This document shows, piece by piece, positions 53,801-64,000 of a stretch of DNA of 64,000 nt (within the stretch, counting starts at the first letter, position 1; each line of letters starts with the position of its first letter). Source of the DNA: Eledone cirrhosa (lineage: Eukaryota). A model generated the notes under the pieces. That model searched no databases. It saw only the letters and a list, made by a program, of their open reading frames with translations, and was not told the origin of the DNA. Location of the stretch: NCBI GenBank assembly GCA_964016885.1, contig OZ024740.1, positions 383,408,001 to 383,472,000 on the forward strand, given 5' to 3'. Both the position numbers and the translations under genes were made by a program.

Positions 53801-54145
53801 AATTTTTAGTATTCAAACTAAATATGAAATAATATACCCAGTTTCTATATTCTAGACCTCTAATGTTTGTAATATTAGTACATACACCTCATCAATTTAT
53901 TTATGTATTTATTTTTTAGCCATTATTTACAGGGGTTTTCATTTTTGACAGCATTCCCGATCAAATATCTCTCTCTCTCCTCCTTCTTTCTTTCTTTTTT
54001 CATCTCTTCTATTTCTTTTTCCTTTTTCCTTCTTCTTTCCTTTTCTTCATTTTACCTATTTTTTCTCTTCTCTTATATTTTTGTCATATGTAGACTGGAT
54101 ACTTTCATGTTCACAAGTGTGTTTAGGCCTTATATCATGTTACCT

Positions 54146-54214
54146 TATTTTATTTGATGAGAACATAATTTTTGTCCCAGGATGATGTTGTTTACGAAAT
54201 GCGCATAATAAAAT
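54146..54214 (+). ncRNA. Hammerhead in the inverted Naiad pLTR (C3 mutated to T)
   Basis: TATTTTAT-TTGATGA-GAACATAAT...GTTGTTTAC-GAAA-TGCGCA-TA-ATAAAATA; palindromic stem III ATGCGCAT. Confidence 0.65.
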
Positions 54215-54248
54215 ATATGGAACTTTTTAAACCATCTTTTAATTTCTT

Positions 54249-54283
<35 letters not shown>

Positions 54284-54288
<5 letters not shown>

Positions 54289-54934
54289 ATACTTTGGGAG
54301 GGTCATGTTGCCAATAAGAAACACACGCACCAGTTGCTTTCACTTCAATTTATTATATATTTATAAATTTATAAATTTACAAATTTATAAATTTCTGGTT
54401 GGTTGGTTGGTTCCACAACCAGATAGTTGTTTATATATAGTCATAGTCCTTTCGTCACACACTCTGTGACCTCTTCAGTGACTGGGGATTCCTTTCTTTG
54501 TTTCTGTGCCTTTCCTTTCTTCTGTCCTACGCCATTTTGTTTCTGTGTGTGTGTTGTGTGCTCAGTTTGCGCATGCGCCACATCCGGATGTCTGTGTGTG
54601 TTTGTGTTCATTTATCTATTTGTTTATTTATTTATTTATTTACATGTTATTGGTTGGTTGTTCGTTCTATGTGTGTGTGTGTTTTCATTGTGTCCTTAAT
54701 TGTAAGTTGTGATGTTGCTGTTCCACTCATATTTTCTATTTAATTTTGGTTGTAATTCTTTTATGTTTATTGCCTCTGTAATTTGTCTAAACATTGCATC
54801 TTTTCTGTGTGTAGATTCTATTTTTATTTCTATGTTCTCTAATTTACCCTTGTGTTCTATCTTAGCATGTTGGTAGAGTACAGATGATTCTTTACAGAAT
54901 CATCTGTACTCTACCAACATGCTAAGATAGAACA
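54284..54934 (-). mobile_element. Short 5'-truncated copy of the 59.4-64 kb PLE with a fold-back at its 5' end
   Basis: Matches 59425-60134; palindrome 54854-54934 centred on TTTACA; 3' end abuts (TA)n. Confidence 0.88.
54439..54483 (-). ncRNA. Minimal hammerhead in PLE pLTR
   Basis: Minus strand AGTCA-CTGAAGA-G-GTCACA-GAGTG-TGTGAC-GAAA-GGAC-TA-TGACT. Confidence 0.75.
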
Positions 54935-57255
54935 ACATACAGGTAACCCATTTTTAAAAAACAAACTAAAGCTCACACACCACATGCACAACAAATAACA
55001 AAAAAGTAACAAAACATGCACAACAAATAACAAAAAAAGTAACAAAACGTCCAACATACCCCCAGCAAAACTATAACGATAATCCCAGAAACCATAGACA
55101 AAACTACAACCCTACTAACAAAAACCGAAGATCCTCGAACACAAGGCAGAATCCGATCCGCAGACCACAACCCACAGAAAACCTATTCCAAAACCGTAGA
55201 CCCCTGCCCACACAGAGCCTGTTCTAAAACCGTAGATCCCAACCCACACAGAGGAACACAATCTACAACCCGGACTATCAACAAACCGAACCTCAATACG
55301 TCCGAAACTTCTATACAAGACTACACAACAACAGGGGAAATACCATTAGATATAATAATACCATTGAAAAAACATTCCAGATAAATAATTTTTTAGACCA
55401 AGGCTACAGGACCCACGACACACGGTGGCACAAACCAATTTTGAAAAACCGAAAATAATCAACCTTTCAAATACAAACATCTCAGTCCAACAAGTAAACA
55501 TTATCTCCAAAGGACTGAAATTCACACCAACACCACAATACTCTAATCCCAATGAGATAAATGACGATATCTCACACTTCTGTAGAAAATTACGTCTCAT
55601 AGAGGAATTTTTTGACAAGGAGAATAACGACGAATCAATTGTACGGAATAAAAGCAGCTACAACACAACAGAAGGTAGAAACAGAGTTCTGGACAAATTG
55701 TGTGACCACATAGCTACTTTCCCTTACCATGAACTAACGAAACCTAAACCCAAACCCAACACGAGTCGAATGGTATGGGAGATTATCCATGAACTAAAAA
55801 ACAATACGGACATTATAATTAAGGAAGCGGACAAGGGAAATACTGTTGTCATTATGGAGGCTGAAAAATATAAAAATTCTATGTTCTCTCTCTTACAAAA
55901 TACTAATTACTATGAAAGAGTAACAAACTACCAGCAATCAAAAACAATGACCAGATTAAACACACTGATTTATCGATACAAGGAAGACCTAACTAAAAAG
56001 GAATGCGACTATTTAACACATTTTGAATACAAAACCAGCAACCTTTACGGACTTCCGAAGATCCACAAGTGTAAAATAATTAACGATGCCTGTAAACAAT
56101 CCACCTCAGCCTGCGTGAACACACAATACCCCACAGACCTTAAATTAAGACCAATTGTAGCGGGCCCACAAAGTGAAACACACAGACTGAGCATCTTTAT
56201 GACATACTACTAAAACCAATTCTCAAACACATACCAAGCCTTGTAAGAGACGATCTGGACCTCTTAAACCACCTCCCCAAACATGTCAACAACGACACTA
56301 TTATTGTGTCTGTCGATGTAGTGAATCTCTACACAACGATCCCACACCAATACGGACTAGAAGCAATAGGATTCTGGCTAGAGAAATATCCCAATGAGAT
56401 ACCTGGCAGAATAGAAACAAGCTTCATCACCGAGGGATTAAAATTCCACTCACAGAACAACTTTTTTGATTTCGATGGCAATACTTACAACCAAATATCG
56501 GGGACTGCGATGGGTACAAAAGCCGCTCCAACTTATGCCAACTTAGTCATGGCATACTTGGAAGTCCAGATATATGAACAGTCCAAATCAAAATACGGAT
56601 TGAACTTCCACAAATATTTATCAGAGAATTGGAAACGCTACTTGGATGATTGTCTCATTCTTTGGTCCCACGCACTCGACCAACTGAAGGATTTCAAAAA
56701 TGTAATAAACGGCATCAACAACCACATCCAATTCACAATGGAATACAGCCAAGATCAACTCCCATTTCTGGACATCTTAATCTTAAAAAAAGACACAAAT
56801 ATTGAAACTGACATACACTACAAACCAACAGATTCCAAACAATACTTTCTATTCACCTCCAACCATCCAAAGCACACGAAGATGAACATTCCTTTTAACC
56901 TAGCAAGAAGAATTTGCACAATTGTCTCCAATTATGAAACCCGAAATAAAGATTTCATGAATTAAAGGAAATTCTACTCGAAAGAGAGTACCCACCATTA
57001 CTAATAAATAATGGAATAGAAAAGGCTAAGGCAATAGGCATTGATGAATTACGAAAACAGAAACAAATTCAAGGTACGTCCAATATTCTATCATATATCT
57101 CAACACACAACGCAAGAAATGCGGAAGCTTACATCACTATTCACAAGAACATCCCACTACTAAAACAAAACCCAAGAATGAAAAAAAGCCCTTGAAACAC
57201 ACGAAATAATCAAAAGCATAAGACAACCGAAATCACTGAAAACATTATCTCCCCT
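54935..57255 (+). mobile_element. Decayed Penelope-like element (Neptune-type RT); no GIY-YIG seen
   Basis: INLS, KGLKFTPTP, IIKEADKG, YGLPKIHK, RPIV, DVVNLYTTIP, GTAMGTKAAPTYANL, WKRYLDD, LPFLD, YKPTD; ORFs 55425-56213 and 56306-56965 broken by frameshifts. Confidence 0.88.
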
Positions 57256-57369
57256 GCTTGCTGAGATTAAAGTAAGTGAATTTGTCACTACTCTAAAACA
57301 ATAGCATACGGTCTTCAAAATGCTTTTAATTAAGCATAAAGTGTATTGCAAAATACATTATATATACAT

Positions 57370-57458
<89 letters not shown>

Positions 57459-57746
57459 CAAATAACGAAACGAAATTAAATTTCGTTTCGTTTGTAACTC
57501 ACTTTTGTATGACTGACGCTTAAACAATTAAGTTAAAAATGTACATCCACATATGTATACTGAAATACTAGTATGCATATGAATACACACACGTATACAT
57601 ATGTAGATGTACCGAGTTTTTCACTGGTCACTTTACTGTGAGTGTCCAGCTATTCTGTATGTAAACACACAGACAAACCGGTTTTTAGAGTCATACTGGT
57701 TTTTGAGGAAACACCTTTCCTCTATTCTCCAGAAAGCCAGGCAAGG

Positions 57747-57791
57747 AATATTGAACTAGTTTCGATGTTGTTACATCTCATCAGCAATATT
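57747..57791 (-). ncRNA. Minimal type I hammerhead ribozyme
   Basis: Reverse complement of the motif at 58611-58655. Confidence 0.85.
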
Positions 57792-58610
57792 TACCTATTT
57801 TCCGGCCTCTCTAGAGAATCGTAAAAGCACATATCGTTATATGCTTTTTCTATGAAAATTAGTAGTGGGCAGACTAATTTGCATAGAGCGTGAGTACGTA
57901 CCGGTTCAACGGAGACGATAAAAACAAATAACGAAACGAAATTAAATTTCGTTTCGTTTGTAACTCACTTTTGTATGACTGACGCTTAAACAATTAAGTT
58001 AAAAATGTACATCCACATATGTATACTGAAATACTAGTATGCATATGAATACACACACGTATACATATGTAGATGTACCGAGTTTTTCACTGGTCACTTT
58101 ACTGTGAGTGTCCAGCTATTCTGTATGTAAACACACAGACAAACCGGTTTTTAGAGTCATACTGGTTTTTGAGGAAACACCTTTCCTCTATTCTCCAGAA
58201 AGCCAGGCAAGGAATATTGAACTAGTTTCGATGTTGTTACATCTCATCTAAAAACCGGTTTGTCTGTGTGTTTACATACAGAATAGCTGGACACTCACAG
58301 TAAAGTGACCAGTGAAAAACTCGGTACATCTACATATGTATACGTGTGTGTATTCATATGCATACTAGTATTTCAGTATACATATGTGGATGTACATTTT
58401 TAACTTAATTGTTTAAGCGTCAGTCATACAAAAGTGAGTTACAAACGAAACGAAATTTAATTTCGTTTCGTTATTTGTTTTTATCGTCTCCGTTGAACCG
58501 GTACGTACTCATGCTCTATGCAAATTAGTCTGCCCACTACTAATTTTCATAGAAAAAGCATATAACGATATGTGCTTTTACGATTCTCTAGAGAGGCCGG
58601 AAGATAGGTA

Positions 58611-58655
58611 AATATTGCTGATGAGATGTAACAACATCGAAACTAGTTCAATATT
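58611..58655 (+). ncRNA. Minimal type I hammerhead ribozyme
   Basis: AATATTG-CTGATGA-GATGT-AACA-ACATC-GAA-ACTAGT-T-CAATATT: 7-bp stem I, 5-bp stem II, palindromic stem III, predicted cleavage after 58648. Confidence 0.88.
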
Positions 58656-59076
58656 CCTTGCCTGGCTTTCTGGAGAATAGAGGAAAGGTGTTTCCTCAAA
58701 AACCAGTATGACTCTAAAAACCGGTTTGTCTGTGTATTTACATACAGAATAGCTGGACACTCACAGTAAAGTGACCAGGGAAAAACTCGGTACATCTACA
58801 TATGTATACGTGTGTGTATTCATATGCATACTAGTATTTCAGTATACATATGTGGATGTACATTTTTAACTTAATTGTTTAAGCGTCAGTCATACAAAAG
58901 TGAGTTACAAACGAAACGAAATTTAATTTCGTTTCGTTATTTGTTTTTATCGTCTCCGTTGAACCGGTACGTACTCACGCTCTATGCAAATTAGTCTGCC
59001 CACTACTAATTTTCATAGAAAAAGCATATAACGATATGTGCTTTTACGATTCTCTAGAGAGGCCGGAAGATAGGTA

Positions 59077-59121
59077 AATATTGCTGATGAGATGTAACAA
59101 CATCGAAACTAGTTCAATATT
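59077..59121 (+). ncRNA. Minimal type I hammerhead ribozyme
   Basis: Identical motif 466 bp downstream of 58611. Confidence 0.88.
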
Positions 59122-59581
59122 CCTTGCCTGGCTTTCTGGAGAATAGAGGAAAGGTGTTTCCTCAAAAACCAGTATGACTCTAAAAACCGGTTTGTCTGTG
59201 TGTTTACATACAGAATAGCGGTACACTCACAGTAAAGTGACCAGTGAAAAACTCGGTACATCTACATATGTATACGTGTGTGTATTCATATGCATACTAG
59301 TATTTCAGTATACATATGTGGATGTACATTTTTAACTTAATTATATATATATATATATATATATATTTCGTTTCTGAATTTGTTTAGCAAGATTCTTTAT
59401 CTGAAACCGTGTGTTGCAACCGATATTGTTATACTTTGGGAGGGTCATGTTGCCAATAAGAAACACACGCGCCAGTTGCTTTCACTTCAATTTAATTTAT
59501 TATATATTTATAAATTTACAAATTTATAAATTTCTGGTTGGTTGGTTGGTTCCACAACCAGATAGTTGTTTATATATATAT

Positions 59582-59626
59582 AGTCATAGTTCTTTCGTCA
59601 CACACTCTGTGACCTCTTCAGTGACT
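59582..59626 (-). ncRNA. Minimal hammerhead in PLE pLTR
   Basis: Minus strand AGTCA-CTGAAGA-G-GTCACA-GAGTG-TGTGAC-GAAA-GAAC-TA-TGACT. Confidence 0.78.
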
Positions 59627-59936
59627 GGGGATTTCTTTCTTCGTTTCTGTGCCTTTCTTTTCTTTTCTTCTATCCTACACCATTTTGTTTGTGTGTGGGT
59701 TGCGTGCTCAGTTTGCGCATGCGCCACATCCGGGTGTCTGTGTGTGTTTGTGTTCATTTTTCTATTTTTCTATTTATATTTTTCTATTTGTTTGTTTATT
59801 TATTTATTTATTGTTGGTTGGTTGTTTGTTCTATGTGTGTGTGTGTTTTCATTTTGTCTTGTGTGTGTTTTCATTTTGTGTGTGTTTTCAATTGTAAGTT
59901 GTTTGTTCTATGTGTGTGTGTGTTTTCATTTTGTCC

Positions 59937-62900
59937 TTAATTGTAAGTTGTGATGTTGCTGTTCCACTCATATTTTCTATTTAATTTTGCTTTTAATTCT
60001 TTTATGCTTACTGCCTCTGTAATTTGCCTAAACATTGCGTCTTTCTTGTGTGTGGATTCTATTTTTATTTCTATGCTCTCTAATTTACCCCTGTGTTCTA
60101 TCTTAGCATGTTGGTAGAGCACAGATGATTCTTTATTATCTTGGAGGTCTCGCCAGTGTTCATTTATTCGTTCCCCTATACTACGAGCTGTCTCACCTAT
60201 GTACACTATATTTTTGTTTCTACATTGTCCTTCAGTACATCGTATGCTATATACTACATTTCTAGTTTTACAGTTAATATGGGGGCTTATTTTACAGGTT
60301 ATACATTTCTTATCTATACATGAGGGTCTTTGGAACGGGTATGTCTTGCTAATAAGTGTTTTTACGGAGGTACCAGGTCTTTCTACTATCTTAATATTGA
60401 GATTATGTTTCTTTAGGGCCCTTCTAAATTTGTAGGCTAGTTCGCCTCTAGGGGTTGTATTGATGAACATTACACTCTGGTATTTATTGCTATCATACCA
60501 TGAGTTTATTCTATTGGCCTTGTTCTTAGTTCTTTCTATTCTATTCCAAAATTTGCTCCTATACAAGGGGCAGGTCCCATTTATGTCATTATTTACCATT
60601 TTTTCCCATTTGGTTCTGGCTCCTTTATACACTCTGATTCTATCTCTCTGATTGTAGCCAGAGAACTGCATACGGTGGATGAAGTGTTGTATGTGTCTCT
60701 CTAGTTCTTCGGGGTTGCACATGCGGGACACATTTCTCATCACCCGTACCAAATCCGCAATCAGTATGTTGATTTTGGTATGGTCCGAAATGGCCGAGTT
60801 TCGGTGGATCAGATGTTTGGAAGTCATGGGTTTGGCATAATGGGAATGGAGGATTTGTTTTTGGTTGTTAATTGTATCTAACCAGAGCTCTGTGTCTAGT
60901 ACAGGTAATCGATGGTTGGGGTGTCTACTTGGGTAGTCTATAGTAACTCTAATGCTCTGGTGGATGGAGTTTGCTATTTGCTGGATGCTTTCCATTGTGT
61001 TTTTCTCTAGTTCCTGACTGTTCTTTAGTGGGGGTGTCTTAACTACGATGTTTATATCATCTACGTAGCGGGAGTACATTATCAGGGTTAAGCTGTCTTC
61101 TAATTGTTCATTAAGTTTTAGTTTAAGTCTACTGTCCCACCATACCATGAATAAGTTAGCTATGTCGCCTGCAATGCTAACACCAATGGCTGCTCCTTCC
61201 TCTTGGGCATATGTTTTACCATTAAATTTGAACATATGTTCCTTAAGGGTTAATTTTATGCTGGCCCCTACCGCATGTGCAATCATTTTCTTCAGTTCAT
61301 CGTGGTTTTCGGGTGTCCGTATGGCTCTGGTCCACCCGTTCCATCTATCTGTGTGGGTTTTCCTGGCCATTGAGGTAACGGTAGGTGGTCTGCCTCTTGC
61401 TGGTCTTGTAGGGCACAGGTTGCTAAGGTCATAAGTGTCTAGGTAACTATTACTATGGGTAAGCTTAAGTAGAAGTCCCAGCTCACTGGTATCAATCCCA
61501 CGGAACTCAACCTTGCTCTCGCTGATCATTTCGACGCATTTCTCCACGGCAAAATCCACGTCAATAGATGGATACAGGGACACAACATCCATACTGCCTA
61601 TTATGCAGTTTGTTAGGTCCCCAGATCGGTTACCCGCGCCGATTCTGCTGAGGAGGTCCTCCGTGCTGTCGCACACTTCTGGGGACATCTCAATGATGGG
61701 GCGTATGATCAGGGAGAGGAAGTAGGACAGTCTGTAGTTACTAGCAATGTTAGCCCCACAGACTGGCCGTGTTGGTGGTCCCGCGACAGGGTCCCAGCCC
61801 GTTTTATGGTCTTTTCGAAGCCCATACAACGCCGGCACGTCATTGTTCCAGGCCTGGAAGTTGTTGGCAGTCCTTTTGTTGGGCTGCATTATATTTGTCC
61901 ACATCACCATATGGGCATTGAGGCTTTTTTCTCTATCCTCATGCTCCTGTGGTGTTACCTCTCTTGTGTTAGTGATGTGGGGTTGCATTGCCTGGATGTA
62001 GTTTGGCAGGCTGTCAACCGACATTCTGCCAGACTTGTCTGTTGGAAAGCATGCTATCTCTCCATTACGCGAGCGCTGCATGAGCTTACGCAAGCCATTT
62101 GCAGATTCTTCTCCCAGTTGCTGGGCCTCTATTCTATTATGCTTCTTGCTATACTGTTCTATAATATTTCTAAGTTCGGATTTAGCTATACTAAATTGTG
62201 CTTCTGTTTGTTCATCGACCTGCGACGGCAACTGCGTGCGTTTGTTAAATGGCAAAGTCGTGGCGTGGACTCGTCGTAGGTCGAATGATTTATCGGAGGG
62301 GTTATAAAACGGAGAGTTCCAGGCTGCTGCTTTATGTGTACTAGTGCTATTGTTATTGTTGGTTGTGTTGTTTCTATTTCCACCAACAACAGCAGCCTCA
62401 GCTTCATGGTTGTTTCTATGTCTCTCATAATTACTCCTGTCTCTTTCCACTGGCTCAATGTTGTTATCTACCCTATTTTGTGTGTCTGTGTGTTCGTCTT
62501 GGTTATTCTCTTTGTCCTTAGTCTCCCATCTCCTTTTCCTTTTAATCCTATTACTATTACTTTCTCTTATTTCTCTGATTTCTGTGCTACTGTCATTACT
62601 TTTTTTCTGTGTTTGTGTGTTTGTTAAGATTGTGGTGGTGGTGAGAGGCATTGAATGCGTGTGTGTTGTTGTTGTTGATGTGTGTTGTTGTTGATGTGTG
62701 TTGTTGTTGTCTCCGTGTGTGTGTGTGTTATCGTTGTTGTGTGTGTTGTTATTGTTGTTTGTGTTTGCGTGTCTGTTGTTGTTGTATCTGGGTATGTTGC
62801 TATTGTTGTTGTTGTTGATGTGTGTATTGTTGTTATTGTTGTCTCCGTGTGTGTTGTTATTGTTGTTTGTGTCTGCGTGTCTGTTGTATCTGGGTATGTT

Positions 62901-62981
62901 GCTATTGTTGTTGTTGTATCTGGGTATGTTGCTATTGTTGTTGTTATTGTTGTTTGTGTCTGTGTGTCTGTTGTTGTTGGG
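59937..62981 (-). CDS. PLE RT plus GIY-YIG endonuclease; open for ~1015 codons, true N-terminus lost at the inversion
   Basis: PTDKSG, YGLRKDHK, RPV, DVVSLYPSI, QEEGAAIG, RYVDD, LPVLD, Cys linker CIDKKCITC, VVY...YIGETAR..ER..EH; the first ~10 aa of the track ORF come from the inverted segment. Confidence 0.92.
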   Translation of the reverse strand, partial: PNNNRHTDTNNNNNNNSNIPRYNNNNSNIPRYNRHADTNNNNNTHGDNNNNNTHINNNNNSNIPRYNNNRHANTNNNNNTHNNDNTHTHGDNNNTHQQQHTSTTTTHTHSMPLTTTTILTNTQTQKKSNDSSTEIREIRESNSNRIKRKRRWETKDKENNQDEHTDTQNRVDNNIEPVERDRSNYERHRNNHEAEAAVVGGNRNNTTNNNNSTSTHKAAAWNSPFYNPSDKSFDLRRVHATTLPFNKRTQLPSQVDEQTEAQFSIAKSELRNIIEQYSKKHNRIEAQQLGEESANGLRKLMQRSRNGEIACFPTDKSGRMSVDSLPNYIQAMQPHITNTREVTPQEHEDREKSLNAHMVMWTNIMQPNKRTANNFQAWNNDVPALYGLRKDHKTGWDPVAGPPTRPVCGANIASNYRLSYFLSLIIRPIIEMSPEVCDSTEDLLSRIGAGNRSGDLTNCIIGSMDVVSLYPSIDVDFAVEKCVEMISESKVEFRGIDTSELGLLLKLTHSNSYLDTYDLSNLCPTRPARGRPPTVTSMARKTHTDRWNGWTRAIRTPENHDELKKMIAHAVGASIKLTLKEHMFKFNGKTYAQEEGAAIGVSIAGDIANLFMVWWDSRLKLKLNEQLEDSLTLIMYSRYVDDINIVVKTPPLKNSQELEKNTMESIQQIANSIHQSIRVTIDYPSRHPNHRLPVLDTELWLDTINNQKQILHSHYAKPMTSKHLIHRNSAISDHTKINILIADLVRVMRNVSRMCNPEELERHIQHFIHRMQFSGYNQRDRIRVYKGARTKWEKMVNNDINGTCPLYRSKFWNRIERTKNKANRINSWYDSNKYQSVMFINTTPRGELAYKFRRALKKHNLNIKIVERPGTSVKTLISKTYPFQRPSCIDKKCITCKISPHINCKTRNVVYSIRCTEGQCRNKNIVYIGETARSIGERINEHWRDLQDNKESSVLYQHAKIEHRGKLESIEIKIESTHKKDAMFRQITEAVSIKELKAKLNRKYEWNSNITTYN

Positions 62982-64000
62982 ATGTTCAAATTTAATGGTA
63001 AAACATATGCCCAAGAGGAAGGAGCAGCCATTGGTGTTAACATTGCAGGCGACATAGCTAACTTATTCATGGTATGGTGGGACAGTACACTTAAACAAAA
63101 ACTTAATGAACAATTAGAAGACAGCTTAACCCTGCTAATGTACTCCCGCTACGTAGATGATATAAACATCGTAGTTAAGACACCCCCACTAAAGAACAGT
63201 CAGGAACTAGAGAAAAACACAATGGAAAGCATCCAGCAAATAGCAAACCCCATCCACCAGAGCATTAGAGTTACTATAGACTACCCAAGTAGACACCCCA
63301 ACCATCGATTACCTGTACTAGACACAGAGCTCTGGTTAGATACAATTAACAACCAAAAACAAATCCTCCATTCCCATTATGCCAAACCCATGACTTCCAA
63401 ACATCTGATCCACCGAAACTCGGCCATTTCGGACCATACCAAAATCAACATACTGATTGCGGATTTGGTACGGGTGATGAGAAATGTGTCCCGCATGTGC
63501 AACCCCGAAGAACTAGAGAGACACATACAACACTTCATCCACCGTATGCAGTTCTCTGGCTACAATCAGAGAGATAGAATCAGAGTGTATAAAGGAGCCA
63601 GAACCAAATGGGAAAAAATGGTAAATAATGACATAAATGGGACCTGCCCCTTGTATAGGAGCAAATTTTGGAATAGAATAGAAAGAACTAAGAACAAGGC
63701 CAATAGAATAAACTCATGGTATGATAGCAATAAATACCAGAGTGTAATGTTCATCAATACAACCCCTAGAGGCGAACTAGCCTACAAATTTAGAAGGGGC
63801 CTAAAGAAAAATAATCTCAATATTAAGATAGTAGAAAGACCTGGTACCTCCGTAAAAACACTTATTAGCAAGACATACCCGTTCCAAAGACCCTCATGTA
63901 TAGATAAGAAATGTATAACCTGTAAAATAAGCCCCCATATTAACTGTAAAACTAGAAATGTAGTATATAGCATAAGATGTACTGAAGGACAATGTAGAAA

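Larger units (their letters stand above)
50740..54255 (-). mobile_element. 5'-truncated Naiad-type Penelope-like element with ~1-kb inverted pseudo-LTR; decayed
   Basis: RT NFDITM.SSDSAQLADL, GIYRD, YVNFKSNHP; linker CNCPIRTNCPLSNVC; GIY-YIG LVY...INIGST; C-terminal CNLC..EK; 50740-51735 is the reverse complement of 53273-54255. Confidence 0.85.
57453..59342. repeat. 466-bp hammerhead-containing tandem repeat (retrozyme-like): ~1.7 units on - then ~2.3 units on +, flanked by (TA)n
   Basis: Period of 466 bp (57453/57919; 58249/58715/59181); inversion junction at ~58248; units nearly identical. Confidence 0.93.
59367..64000 (-). mobile_element. Young Penelope-like element, 5'-truncated, with an inverted copy of its 3' part (62982 to window end)
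   Basis: 62982-64000 is a near-identical reverse complement of ~60218-61235; 3' end abuts (TA)n; hammerhead in the 3'UTR. Confidence 0.92.

Noticed and set aside
57642-59226. Three 60-aa ORFs (MSSYSVCKH...) in the 466-bp repeat
   Set aside because: GTG starts, antisense to the hammerhead strand, no recognisable domain; repeated only because the unit is repeated
57453-59342. CRISPR-like array
   Set aside because: Whole units are near-identical with no unique spacers; eukaryotic context
62982-63014. N-terminus MGICFTIKFEH of the 1025-aa ORF
   Set aside because: Derived from the antisense strand of the inverted segment, not the real start

Overview
Eukaryotic, AT-rich, microsatellite-dense DNA with (TA)n, (CA)n, (ATT)n, (CT)n and (GATA)n tracts. 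The SINE and repeat style suggests an octopus or other cephalopod genome (inference). Most short ORFs in the track are microsatellite artefacts. There are two transposon hubs. (1) 16.4-37.1 kb: one (ATT)n tract holds four Tx1/L1-clade copies on + and two R4/Dong-type copies on -. The Tx1 3' end resembles the 3' tail of the local tRNA-type SINE, and a GTAAGT splice-donor motif is conserved at the ORF1/ORF2 junction. (2) 49.7-64 kb: a (TA)n-associated cluster of at least three Penelope-like (PLE) lineages with inverted pseudo-LTRs carrying hammerhead ribozymes. The most striking feature is a non-coding 466-bp tandem/inverted array at 57.45-59.34 kb whose repeat unit carries a minimal type I hammerhead ribozyme. 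It is a candidate retrozyme that would yield a ~466-nt circular RNA. About ten hammerhead motifs from at least five sequence families were found by eye. A possible host terminal exon encoding an FxNPxY motif lies at 38.4 kb.
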